The notes under the pieces are model-generated. The model did not search any database. It was given only the letters and a program-made list of their open reading frames with translations, and had not been told where the DNA came from. The translations under genes were made by a program, and so were the position numbers. This document shows, one piece after another, positions 19,072 to 27,929 of a stretch of 33,073 nt of DNA; the first letter of the stretch is position 1; each line of letters starts with the position of its first letter. Origin of the DNA: Aquirhabdus sp. GTDB taxonomy: Bacteria > Pseudomonadota > Gammaproteobacteria > Pseudomonadales > Moraxellaceae. Where the stretch lies: positions 1 to 33,073 of the forward strand of contig JASLJP010000198.1 of assembly GCA_030152425.1 (NCBI GenBank), read 5' to 3'.

Positions 19072-21183
19072 ATGCACACTATGAACGCCATTCTCGATCC
19101 CCTGCCACTCCTCCCTGCACGCCTCCCGCTGCCTGACTTCCCCGCCCTGACCAATGCCGATATGAAGTCGGATATCGAGGCGCTGTTGGCCGAGGCGTTT
19201 GCGCTGCTCAACCAGACCGCGCATATCAGTGCGGGGCACGAGATTGACTTTATCCATCAGCTCGAAGCCCTCGAAAATCGCCTGCATCAGGTGTGGAGCG
19301 TGCTGTCCAACCTGAACGCCACCTGCAACACCCCAGAGCTACGCGAAACCTATAACGCCCTGCTGCCCGAGCTGTCGCGCTACTACACCGAACAAGGCCA
19401 AAACAAGGCGCTGTTTGATGCCTATGCCGCCATCGAACAAAGCGCAGGCTTTGCCGCGCTGTCGCCCGCGCGCCAAGAGGCCGTACGCCTGTCGCTACGC
19501 GACTTTAAACTGTCGGGTGTGGCGCTGGAGGGTGCGGCCAAGACGCGCTATGCCGCCATCACCGAGCGGCTGTCGCAGCTGTCCTCGCATTTCTCCGACC
19601 ATCTGCTCGACGCGACTCAAGCCTACCAACGCCCACTGACCGCGGCCGAGCTAAGTGGTCTGCCCGAGTCGGCCGTGAGCTTGGTCAAACAGATGGCACA
19701 GACCCGCACCCCAGAGGGTGAAATCGCCCCCGAGGCGCTGGCTACATTGGATGCGCCGGTCTATATCGCTATCTCGACCTATGCCGATGACCGTGCCCTG
19801 CGCGAGGAGCTGTACCGCGCCTATGTGACCCGTGCGTCCGACCTCGCCCAAACGGCAGGAGCAGCCGAGCAGGATAACAGCGCGATCATTACCGAGATCC
19901 TCGCTTTGCGGCTGGAAATGGCGCAGTTGCTGGGTTTCCACAGCTATGCCGAGCTATCGCTGGCCAGCAAGATGGCGCCTGATGTGGCGACCGTGCGTGA
20001 GTTTTTGGTCGATATCGCCGCCAAGGCACGCGATGCCGCCCAGCAAGACCTCACCGAACTGAAAACCGAAGGCGCAAAGATCGGCCTGATCGACCTGCAG
20101 CCGTGGGATGCTGCCTATCTGGCCGAGAAGGTCAAACAGCGCAAATACAACCTGTCGCAAGAGTCATTGAAGCCCTACTTCCCTGCCCATGTGGCGATAT
20201 CGGGACTGTTTCAGGTCGCCAAGCGCCTGTATGGCATCGACATCGAGCAGCGCGCCACGCCGGTCTGGGCGGACGAAGTACAGTATTTTGAGATTTCCGA
20301 GCATGGCAATGTCATCGCCGGGTTTTACTTTGACCTGTATGCCCGCACGGGTAAACGCGGCGGCGCGTGGATGAGCGGTTTCCGCCCGCGCATGCACAGC
20401 GACAGTCATGGCACGCAGTTGCCGGTGGCGTTTATGGTCGGCAACTTTACCCCGCCGGTCGATGGCAATCCGGCGCTGCTCAGCCACGATGAGCTGGTAA
20501 CCCTGTTTCACGAGTTTGGCCATGGCCTGCACCATATGCTGACCGAAGTCGATGTGCTGTCGGTCGCGGGCATCAATGGCGTGGCGTGGGATGCGGTGGA
20601 GCTGCCGAGCCAGTTTATGGAGTTTTGGACGTGGGAGCCGGATGCTTTGGCACTGGTTAGCCGTCACCACGCCACAGGTGACAGCCTGCCGCTGACCCTG
20701 CTCGACGCCATGCTGGCGGCGCGGCATTTTCAAAGCGGCATGCAGGCACTGCGTCAGATCGAGTTTTCCCTGTTCGATCTCGACATCCACCATTTAACCC
20801 CCGCGCCGGATATCTCCCAAGTACAAGCGGTACTCGATGGCCTGCGTCAGCAGTTGTCGGTGTTGCCGCAGCCCAGCTACAACCGTTTTCAGCATGGCTT
20901 TAGCCATATCTTTGCCGGGGGCTACGCGGCAGGGTATTATTCGTATAAATGGGCGGAAGTACTGGCCTCCGATGCCTTTGACCGCTTTGAGCAGGAAGGC
21001 ATCTTTAACAGCAGCACCGGTGCGGCGTTTCGCCAGAGCATCCTCGCTGCCGGTGCCAGCCAAAATGCCCTGACCACCTTTAAAAACTTCCGCGGGCGCG
21101 AGCCATCCATCACCCCGCTGCTGCGGCATAAGGGCTGGATCGGCCAGCACACCGCCCAAACGACGCCCCCGACCACGCACTAG
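19072..21183 (+). CDS. prlC: Oligopeptidase A (M3 metallopeptidase)
   Basis: LFHEFGHGLHH, WDAVELPSQFME, FSHIFAGGYAAGYYSYKWAEVL. Confidence 0.95.
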   Translation: MHTMNAILDPLPLLPARLPLPDFPALTNADMKSDIEALLAEAFALLNQTAHISAGHEIDFIHQLEALENRLHQVWSVLSNLNATCNTPELRETYNALLPELSRYYTEQGQNKALFDAYAAIEQSAGFAALSPARQEAVRLSLRDFKLSGVALEGAAKTRYAAITERLSQLSSHFSDHLLDATQAYQRPLTAAELSGLPESAVSLVKQMAQTRTPEGEIAPEALATLDAPVYIAISTYADDRALREELYRAYVTRASDLAQTAGAAEQDNSAIITEILALRLEMAQLLGFHSYAELSLASKMAPDVATVREFLVDIAAKARDAAQQDLTELKTEGAKIGLIDLQPWDAAYLAEKVKQRKYNLSQESLKPYFPAHVAISGLFQVAKRLYGIDIEQRATPVWADEVQYFEISEHGNVIAGFYFDLYARTGKRGGAWMSGFRPRMHSDSHGTQLPVAFMVGNFTPPVDGNPALLSHDELVTLFHEFGHGLHHMLTEVDVLSVAGINGVAWDAVELPSQFMEFWTWEPDALALVSRHHATGDSLPLTLLDAMLAARHFQSGMQALRQIEFSLFDLDIHHLTPAPDISQVQAVLDGLRQQLSVLPQPSYNRFQHGFSHIFAGGYAAGYYSYKWAEVLASDAFDRFEQEGIFNSSTGAAFRQSILAAGASQNALTTFKNFRGREPSITPLLRHKGWIGQHTAQTTPPTTH

Positions 21184-21192
21184 GCCAACTCC

Positions 21193-21420
21193 ATGACCAT
21201 CAAAAAACGTTTTATCGCCGGCGCGCGCTGTAGCGCCTGTCAGGCTCAGGATAAGGTCATGATCTTTATCGCACCCGATGATGAGTGGATCGAGTGCGTC
21301 GAGTGCGGTCATATCGAGCGCAGACCGACCACGGTCGAGTCCAAAGGCTCGTTTGAACCGATCGCCAAAGATGCTGAAGAATCGGTCGTGACTGTGGTAC
21401 AGTTGCGATCAGTGCGCTAG
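21193..21420 (+). CDS. YheV-family putative metal-binding protein
   Basis: KKRFIAGARCSAC...ECVECGH; starts 9 bp after prlC. Confidence 0.9.
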   Translation: MTIKKRFIAGARCSACQAQDKVMIFIAPDDEWIECVECGHIERRPTTVESKGSFEPIAKDAEESVVTVVQLRSVR

Positions 21421-21544
21421 AATCAAGACGTTAAACCAAGCAAATGCAAGGTTTTAGCCTACATGTACATGAACCTGTATAAATACGTGCTGGACGTCAC
21501 AGATTCAGCCGATTCTCATTAATTTGGTATGGAATGCCCCGAAC

Positions 21545-21994
21545 ATGTTGCCGAAGGAACGTGCTGTTACCAAGAAGTCCCTGACCCCGATCATCATCGC
21601 GGGTGTCGTATTGCTGCTCCTGATCGGCATCGTGTACAAGCTGAGCACGTCGAAACCGACGCCTAAAATCGCCAATGCCCCCGTGGCGGCGGTCACGACA
21701 GCGCCGGCACCTGCCGCTGTGGATGCCAGTGCGCCAGTCGCCACGACGACCACCACGACGACTGTCGCAACAGCCTCCGCCCCAGCGACCACCGTCGCAG
21801 CAGCCAGCAGCCCTGCAGCCACGCCGCTACCCACCGACCGTGCTACCGCTGAAGAAGAGCTGGATCGTCTAAATGACGAATACACCCGCCTCAAAACCCA
21901 GAAAGCCTCACTGGCCAAGCAGCTCGAAGTGCAGAATAAAATCATCGCGCTAAAAGAACAGCAAATCAAACAACTGGAAAGCAGCGCACCTTAA
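21545..21994 (+). CDS. Hypothetical membrane-anchored protein: TM helix, Ala/Thr/Pro linker, coiled coil (start uncertain)
   Basis: IIIAGVVLLLLIGIVY hydrophobic segment; C-terminal heptad pattern EELDRLNDEYTRLKTQKASLAKQLE. Confidence 0.75.
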   Translation: MLPKERAVTKKSLTPIIIAGVVLLLLIGIVYKLSTSKPTPKIANAPVAAVTTAPAPAAVDASAPVATTTTTTTVATASAPATTVAAASSPAATPLPTDRATAEEELDRLNDEYTRLKTQKASLAKQLEVQNKIIALKEQQIKQLESSAP

Positions 21995-22114
21995 GCGCTG
22001 CTTCTTCAGCAACTGTTTTGCACGGTGGCACCGACTGCCGTGCCGCCTTCCCTCCCGCATGCACACGGCAAGATCTGTTAAACTAAGCCCCCTGCTTGGC
22101 TATAGCTGCACGTC

Positions 22115-22996
22115 TTGAACGCTGATACCCCTCAAATAGGCCGCGGCCTTGCCCTGATCGCCCTGTCTGCCTGCCTATTTGCCCTAATGGGCGTCCTGAT
22201 CCGCTATGCCTCGCATACGGTCGATAACTACGCGGTGGTGTTCTTCCGCAACCTGACCGGACTGATCATGCTGTCACCGTTGCTGCTGATCAAAGGCCCG
22301 GCCTACTTTAAGACCGAGCAGGTGTGGATGCACAGTTGGCGGGCGATCATCGGGGTGCTGGCGATGTATGGCTTCTTTTATGCCATTGCCCATCTCAAGC
22401 TGTCCAATGCCATGGTCTTTACCTACTCCTCACCGATCTTTATCCCGCTGGTGGCGTGGATTTTCCTCAAGGAAGGCATGACGCGGGTGATGTGGCTGGC
22501 GGCGGGGGTCGGGCTGGTGGGCGTGCTGCTGGTGGCCAAGCCCACCGATGCCATGTTTAACCTGCTGTCGCTGATCGGTATCGTCTCCAGCCTGTTTGCC
22601 GCGATGGCGTTTGTGACCGTGCGCGCCCTGACCGCCACCGAGCCGACCACGCGCATCGTGTTTTATTTCTGCCTGATCGGCACCGTGCTGTCGGCGATCC
22701 CCATGCTGTACCACTGGCGTCCCTACCACCAGACCGAGCTGCTCTACCTCGCCGGTGCGGGGATCCTCGCCACCTTAAGCCAACTGTGTATGTCCAAAGC
22801 CTACAGCTACGCCCCCGCGGGCCAGATCGGCCCCGCCAACTACCTCGCGATTATCTTTGCCGGTATCTTTGCCGCGCTGATCTGGCAGGAATATCCCGAT
22901 GCCGTCAGCATCTGCGGCATGCTGCTGATCTTGGTGGCGTTGGTGCTGTGTGTGCCGCGGGGGGAGAAGAAAGAGGCTAAGGAAGGTATGGATTAG
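22115..22996 (+). CDS. DMT/EamA-family transporter
   Basis: About 10 TM helices in two repeats; VVFFR, P.F..L.A..FLKE, AYSYAPA motifs. Confidence 0.9.
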   Translation: MNADTPQIGRGLALIALSACLFALMGVLIRYASHTVDNYAVVFFRNLTGLIMLSPLLLIKGPAYFKTEQVWMHSWRAIIGVLAMYGFFYAIAHLKLSNAMVFTYSSPIFIPLVAWIFLKEGMTRVMWLAAGVGLVGVLLVAKPTDAMFNLLSLIGIVSSLFAAMAFVTVRALTATEPTTRIVFYFCLIGTVLSAIPMLYHWRPYHQTELLYLAGAGILATLSQLCMSKAYSYAPAGQIGPANYLAIIFAGIFAALIWQEYPDAVSICGMLLILVALVLCVPRGEKKEAKEGMD

Positions 22997-23003
22997 GCCA
23001 TAG

Positions 23004-23033
23004 GATGCAATACGCCCTTAGCCGTATTGCATC
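23004..23033. repeat. Perfect 11-bp inverted repeat, REP-like
   Basis: GATGCAATACG-N8-CGTATTGCATC preceded by ATAG; no U tract; single copy in the window. Confidence 0.45.
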
Positions 23034-23247
23034 AGCGTCTATCAAACTCGTCCCTTACAAGGGTCTGCACGCCACCGCCCCATGCTGCATCATATCGTCC
23101 TCGCGCCACACCATGGTGAACGGTTGTATACGGCCAATCTCTTGGCATGGATACGCCATGTTTCACAGGGTTGTCGTGCCGTCGGTACCATGCGTCTAGG
23201 GGCTTGGCACCTTATACACCCTCAAAGCCTAGCCATCGACCGCCCAT

Positions 23248-23276
23248 AAAAAAGCACCGCCTAAGCGGTGCTTTTT
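23248..23276. terminator. Bidirectional intrinsic terminator
   Basis: AAAAAAGCACCGC-CTAA-GCGGTGCTTTTT between convergent genes. Confidence 0.92.
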
Positions 23277-23293
23277 ACTTTCAACTCAAGCGA

Positions 23294-25489
23294 TTAGTGC
23301 TTGTAGAAGAATAGCGGGACATAGGCTACGAGCAGCAAGCTCACCGCGATTACCATCACAGGCAGCAACCAGCGCTCATAGCGATAGTAGAACGACTTGT
23401 GACGGACTTCGGAGTCGGCTGCATTCATCACATCCTCCCCAACGACCTGACGGGTCAAGAGTTGGTTCAGTGCGACTGGTGGCAGCAGGTAGCCGAGTTC
23501 CAGTGCGGTCAATACCATCATCCAGAAATGCACTGGATCGATGCCATTGGCATAGGCGATAGGCGCAAGTGTCGTCGACACCAGCAGCATCGCGCCCATC
23601 GGCTCCATGACCATACCCAAGAACACTTTGATCAACATCAGGAAGGTCATCGCGACCCAGATGCTGGAGAATTCATGCGGGAACGAGTGCATGATGCCGG
23701 TACGTTCTACCACACCCGCCAAGCTCATCGACAGTGACATCAGGAGCAGCAGCGCGCCGATGTGACCGATGGTTTCGTTGGTTGCAGTACGGATCGCCAT
23801 TTCAAAGGTGACACGGCGGTCTTTACCACTACGACGATCGCCACCCACGGTCTCTTCCGCTGCGCGGCGTTCGACTGGGGCTGCAGGCACATTACCACCC
23901 GGGGCGATAACATGAGCTTCGGTCGATGCTGGCTCACGGCGGATCTTGTCAAAGAACACGATGGCAAGCATGACGTACGGCAGAATCATCGCTGCGGTGT
24001 ATTCGTCGAGTTTGGTGTCCAGTGCGTAGCGATAGAACGCAACGACGGCAACCATGATCAGGACGTACGGTGCAACTGGAACCAATGCACGTGCAGAAGC
24101 AGGCATCGCGATCTTGGCCGGAACCAAACGGTATTTAGGACCGTTCTTTTCACGCACCATCAGGGACATCAACAAGAAGATGGTCGAAGTCATCGCGAAC
24201 ACCCAGAGACCATGACCGTACAACTGGTCAGAGGTCACTTCTTTGTTCATCGCGGTGATCAGGATGATCAGCAAGCATGGACGCAAGACCACACCGAGTG
24301 ACCCTGACATCGCGGTCGCTGCCAGCGCGTATTGTTTACGCGCACCGGCATTGGCCACTTCGTAATAGATGATCGAACCGGCTGCCAGAATGAAAATACC
24401 CGATGCACCGGTATAGGCTGTTGCCAGTGCGGCAAACAGCATGATGATCCACGTCAGCACTTCTGGTGAGAAACCCCACGGACGGAAGATATCGAGCAGC
24501 ATATCGACCAGACGGGTTTGGCGCAGCAGCATACCGATCCAGATGAACAGGGTCAGGCTGAGGAACAGTGCGGAGTAGTCAGACAGCTGACCCATGTAAA
24601 TCAGCAGACCACCGTAGTAGTTTTGCAGGAAGAACACGGAGCCGGCAACCACCGCCATGACCGCATACAGCGGGATGGACAGGTACGCGAGGAACCAGTT
24701 GCCGCCAGGGGTGGCGTCTTTCGGTGTTTTAAACGCTTGCACAACGCTGATCAGGGTCAAGGCGGCGAATACAATCAGCCACGTGACGTTGATCGCCAGA
24801 GTGACTTCATCCATCGCGATGCCCGAAGCACGCTGACCGAGCAGGAAGAAGATCGATGCAACCAGACCAATACCGTTACCGATGATGGTCGCTGCAAAGT
24901 AGACGCGATAGTCGAGCACACTTTGAGGTGGACGCAGGGTCAAGTGATGACGATTCAAGGTGGTTGCAATCGCAGCGAAAGCAATCATCAAGATCAGGAT
25001 CAATGAGCGGTATTGCGTACCAAAGTGGAAAATATAGAAGAAGGCTTCTTCAAAAGTACGATACGCGCGAACTGGCGCGGTAATGTGCTTGGTGATATTT
25101 TCATAAGAGGCGAATTTTTCTTGGCACAATGACTGTGCCGCAACCATCGACTGTTTGATCGACTCTGGGTTTTTTGCTTCTGCAAATAAACCACCTAAGC
25201 CGTCGTCTTGGGTTGGTGCTGCCATTTCTTTGGCAACGAGGTCATCGATGTTGGCATTTTTGTCACAATCTGGTTTTGCCGGATCAGCGCGCAGATAGGA
25301 ATACTGGATTCCAGCTTCTGGTTCGCCAAACAGACGCTCACCCACACGCAGCAACTGGCCGTGGATCATTTCGCCTGTACCGATGAGCAGTGTAGTAATC
25401 AGTAACAAAAATACAGGAAGGGTGGTCAACCACTCCATCCATGTCCGACCTAAAGGACCCATTCGTCCATCAGCATTTGTATGATCCAT
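23294..25489 (-). CDS. TRAP transporter large permease (DctM-like, extended N-terminus, probable QM fusion)
   Basis: LGMVMEP, GIDPVHF and ELGYLLPPVALN DctM motifs; many TM helices; N-terminal periplasmic domain with a Cys pair. Confidence 0.9.
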   Translation of the reverse strand: MDHTNADGRMGPLGRTWMEWLTTLPVFLLLITTLLIGTGEMIHGQLLRVGERLFGEPEAGIQYSYLRADPAKPDCDKNANIDDLVAKEMAAPTQDDGLGGLFAEAKNPESIKQSMVAAQSLCQEKFASYENITKHITAPVRAYRTFEEAFFYIFHFGTQYRSLILILMIAFAAIATTLNRHHLTLRPPQSVLDYRVYFAATIIGNGIGLVASIFFLLGQRASGIAMDEVTLAINVTWLIVFAALTLISVVQAFKTPKDATPGGNWFLAYLSIPLYAVMAVVAGSVFFLQNYYGGLLIYMGQLSDYSALFLSLTLFIWIGMLLRQTRLVDMLLDIFRPWGFSPEVLTWIIMLFAALATAYTGASGIFILAAGSIIYYEVANAGARKQYALAATAMSGSLGVVLRPCLLIILITAMNKEVTSDQLYGHGLWVFAMTSTIFLLMSLMVREKNGPKYRLVPAKIAMPASARALVPVAPYVLIMVAVVAFYRYALDTKLDEYTAAMILPYVMLAIVFFDKIRREPASTEAHVIAPGGNVPAAPVERRAAEETVGGDRRSGKDRRVTFEMAIRTATNETIGHIGALLLLMSLSMSLAGVVERTGIMHSFPHEFSSIWVAMTFLMLIKVFLGMVMEPMGAMLLVSTTLAPIAYANGIDPVHFWMMVLTALELGYLLPPVALNQLLTRQVVGEDVMNAADSEVRHKSFYYRYERWLLPVMVIAVSLLLVAYVPLFFYKH

Positions 25490-25884
25490 ATTACCCTACT
25501 TGTCTTTTTTGATTTTTAACTGTTATAGCATCAAATACACATTTCACGCTTTCTTGATTCAGACACAAAACCAATGAACACCACCATCATACTTTGGCGT
25601 TATTCTCAAGCTAAAACATGTATTTACCGACACTACGCCTCAATGAAGCCTGAGCAAGTCGACAGCAATCGACTCTAGGACAGCGGTCCGCCTAAGGCAG
25701 AATTACACCTTAGCGACATGATGCCTGAATTTACTACTCATTTATATCTCTTTTACACACGAATGTATAGAAACAAGCACAACGGAATCGTTGTTTTAAT
25801 ATGAATGTAGACCGGGCGCTCAGGCTGTTTATCAGGATTAAGCATGTCATCACAGCGGACATTTAATGTCGTCACTGCGTACAC

Positions 25885-25910
25885 AAAAAAAAGCGACTAC
25901 TCTGAGTCGC
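25885..25910 (-). terminator. Intrinsic terminator after rhombosortase
   Basis: GCGACT-N6-AGTCGC stem followed by an 8-nt U tract on the minus strand. Confidence 0.75.
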
Positions 25911-25928
25911 GTTCACTACCGGCCTATT

Positions 25929-26510
25929 TTAACGGCTCTGCTCGCCAATGGAAAGTCGATCACGCCGCAGGCGCTGTACGCCGCGCTCCGTCATAAAGGT
26001 CAGCAGTCCTAATGCAGCGCCGTATTGATGGGCTTGGAGTATGACATGAGCACCGATCAGCGCGGCGGTCTGGCTGCTACCGCTATAGGCCTCATAGCCA
26101 ACTTTGCAGAGTAGACCGATACTGACCAGCCAGCCCATTCGGCGCTCGGCGCGATCCAGACTCCGGGTCGCATCCAGTGCCAAGGGCAGATAGATGCCAT
26201 GCAGCACGCCAGATAGCCCGGCGTAGGCGGTCAAACTCGGCAGGAACTGCCAGAACATGAGACTGAGCAACGGCGGCAGGAGCAACCACAGCAGCACAAA
26301 CAGTCGCGGGCGCGCCGTCCAAAAAATCTCCGGCAGCAGTGCCAGCGCGGCGGCGTTCAGCACCCAATGCCATGGGGTGATATGGACCCAATGCGCACTC
26401 CACAGCCGCCATGGCTCGCTCCACAGCAGACTACGCAGATAGATCAGCGGATCAAAAAAGAACTGACACGCGCCCAGCAAGATGACGGCCAGATAAACCA
26501 AAACCCGCAT
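25929..26510 (-). CDS. rrtA: Rhombosortase (rhomboid-family GlyGly-CTERM processing protease); alternative start 26585
   Basis: EPWRLWSAHWVH...H..LN, YAGLSGVLHG catalytic Ser, K...E, AHQYG catalytic His. Confidence 0.85.
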   Translation of the reverse strand: MRVLVYLAVILLGACQFFFDPLIYLRSLLWSEPWRLWSAHWVHITPWHWVLNAAALALLPEIFWTARPRLFVLLWLLLPPLLSLMFWQFLPSLTAYAGLSGVLHGIYLPLALDATRSLDRAERRMGWLVSIGLLCKVGYEAYSGSSQTAALIGAHVILQAHQYGAALGLLTFMTERGVQRLRRDRLSIGEQSR

Positions 26511-26574
26511 GTGTTGATGCGGGTTTGAAGGAAACCTAAGCTTGGCGTTTGCCAAGCCTGCGCTGTCGGTGCCG

Positions 26575-27675
26575 TTATTCTGCACTCAGGCTGCACTCGG
26601 CCAGCGTGGGGGTTTTCTGGCAGCGGATTTTTTTCAGTACGCCGAGCATTTTTTTGTCATAGATCCCGTCATTGATCAAATCGATCCGCGAAGTACGCGC
26701 CATGTCCTGATAGCGGGCGCGAGCGCCTTCGGTGATACGCACCCAGTATTTTGGATCGACTTCGGATTCGTAGTCTTTCACGGTTTTTAGATAGGTATCG
26801 TATTTGGACGCGACGTATTCACGCGATGCCTGACCAAAGGTAGGTGGAAAACGGTCGGCATGGATCACGACCTGTAGACTGACCTGCGCCAAGACATAAT
26901 CGACCACGCCGCCATTTTTACCCAGTCCGCGATAAAGCTCCAGCGGGCGGTAGGCCGTCGCAGGCGAAATCACGATATCGACCTTGCCGTTATTAAACTT
27001 ACCGGCAAAGTTGGTCACGTCGGAGGGGTCAGACTGCGCGCCTAAGTTGCGCACCAGCTTGGCTTCGGCTTTGTCGTAGTCAAAAATGGCGATTTTCTTG
27101 CCCGGCAGTTGCTCTGGGCTATTGATGCTGCGGTCGTTGACGAAACCATAGGCGGCACCAAAGGGCATCACACCGGCGACTTCGTACTGTTGTTTATCAA
27201 ATTCGGTTTTCATCAGGCTGGCGGCAGCGGGGCTAGACACCACGGTGATGAGGGTTTTCATATGATCGTAGCTGGGGATCGCACCAATGGCTTCGACACT
27301 GCCCATAAAGGCATTGAACGGACGCACACGCAGACCGGTCATGACCACGGCATCGCAATAGCGCACGCGGAAGTCTTCACTGGCGACCCGTTCATCGACA
27401 TAGCCGATCAGATCGAAGTCGATGCCCAGTGTCGAGGCTTTGATCTGGTAGTCTTTCATGCGGGCAAAAACTTCTCCGTTTTGACCCATGATATCCCAGA
27501 TACAGAGGCGACGCTTGAGGTGGTCAGCAGGCGCGGCACTGGCGACGCTGGTCAATGCAAACAACGCCAATAGGGCGATCAATCCGCGTACAACGATCCC
27601 TTGATGCGTGCGGCGGCTTGACGCTTGACGATACGCTTGCGTGACGCTTTGTTCTGGACGACCCCGAAACCTCAT
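26575..27675 (-). CDS. AdeT/DUF6091-like periplasmic solute-binding protein (TRAP DctP-like)
   Basis: Signal peptide ending ASA; CIWDIMG..G, MKDY, GAAY.FVNDRSIN, FAGKFNNG.VD; GGAG Shine-Dalgarno before ATG 27675. Confidence 0.85.
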   Translation of the reverse strand: MRFRGRPEQSVTQAYRQASSRRTHQGIVVRGLIALLALFALTSVASAAPADHLKRRLCIWDIMGQNGEVFARMKDYQIKASTLGIDFDLIGYVDERVASEDFRVRYCDAVVMTGLRVRPFNAFMGSVEAIGAIPSYDHMKTLITVVSSPAAASLMKTEFDKQQYEVAGVMPFGAAYGFVNDRSINSPEQLPGKKIAIFDYDKAEAKLVRNLGAQSDPSDVTNFAGKFNNGKVDIVISPATAYRPLELYRGLGKNGGVVDYVLAQVSLQVVIHADRFPPTFGQASREYVASKYDTYLKTVKDYESEVDPKYWVRITEGARARYQDMARTSRIDLINDGIYDKKMLGVLKKIRCQKTPTLAECSLSAE

Positions 27676-27864
27676 TATCCACTCCATTATGACCATGACT
27701 ACCTTGATTGACGGCACAGCAACGGACGAATACGACCGTCTTGCATCCTTACTGCGCAGGGCGAACTGTGCCCTAGCCGATTCATTATTTCAATGGCTCT
27801 AACGCCTTTTCAGCCCGATTAATCGTTTGATTGTGGCCTTATGTCTGATTTCACGTCTCTATAG

Positions 27865-27895
27865 AACAAAACCGCCACGATCGGGCGGTTTTGTT
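27865..27895 (-). terminator. Intrinsic terminator after the TatT-like gene
   Basis: AACAAAACCGCC-N7-GGCGGTTTTGTT. Confidence 0.8.
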
Positions 27896-27929
27896 GAGTT
27901 CAACACGTTGGTTGCACGCGATCTAAAGA

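Noticed and set aside
27600..27625. SRR in the AdeT-like signal region as a Tat motif
   Set aside because: SRRTHQG lacks the hydrophobic FL positions of the Tat consensus.
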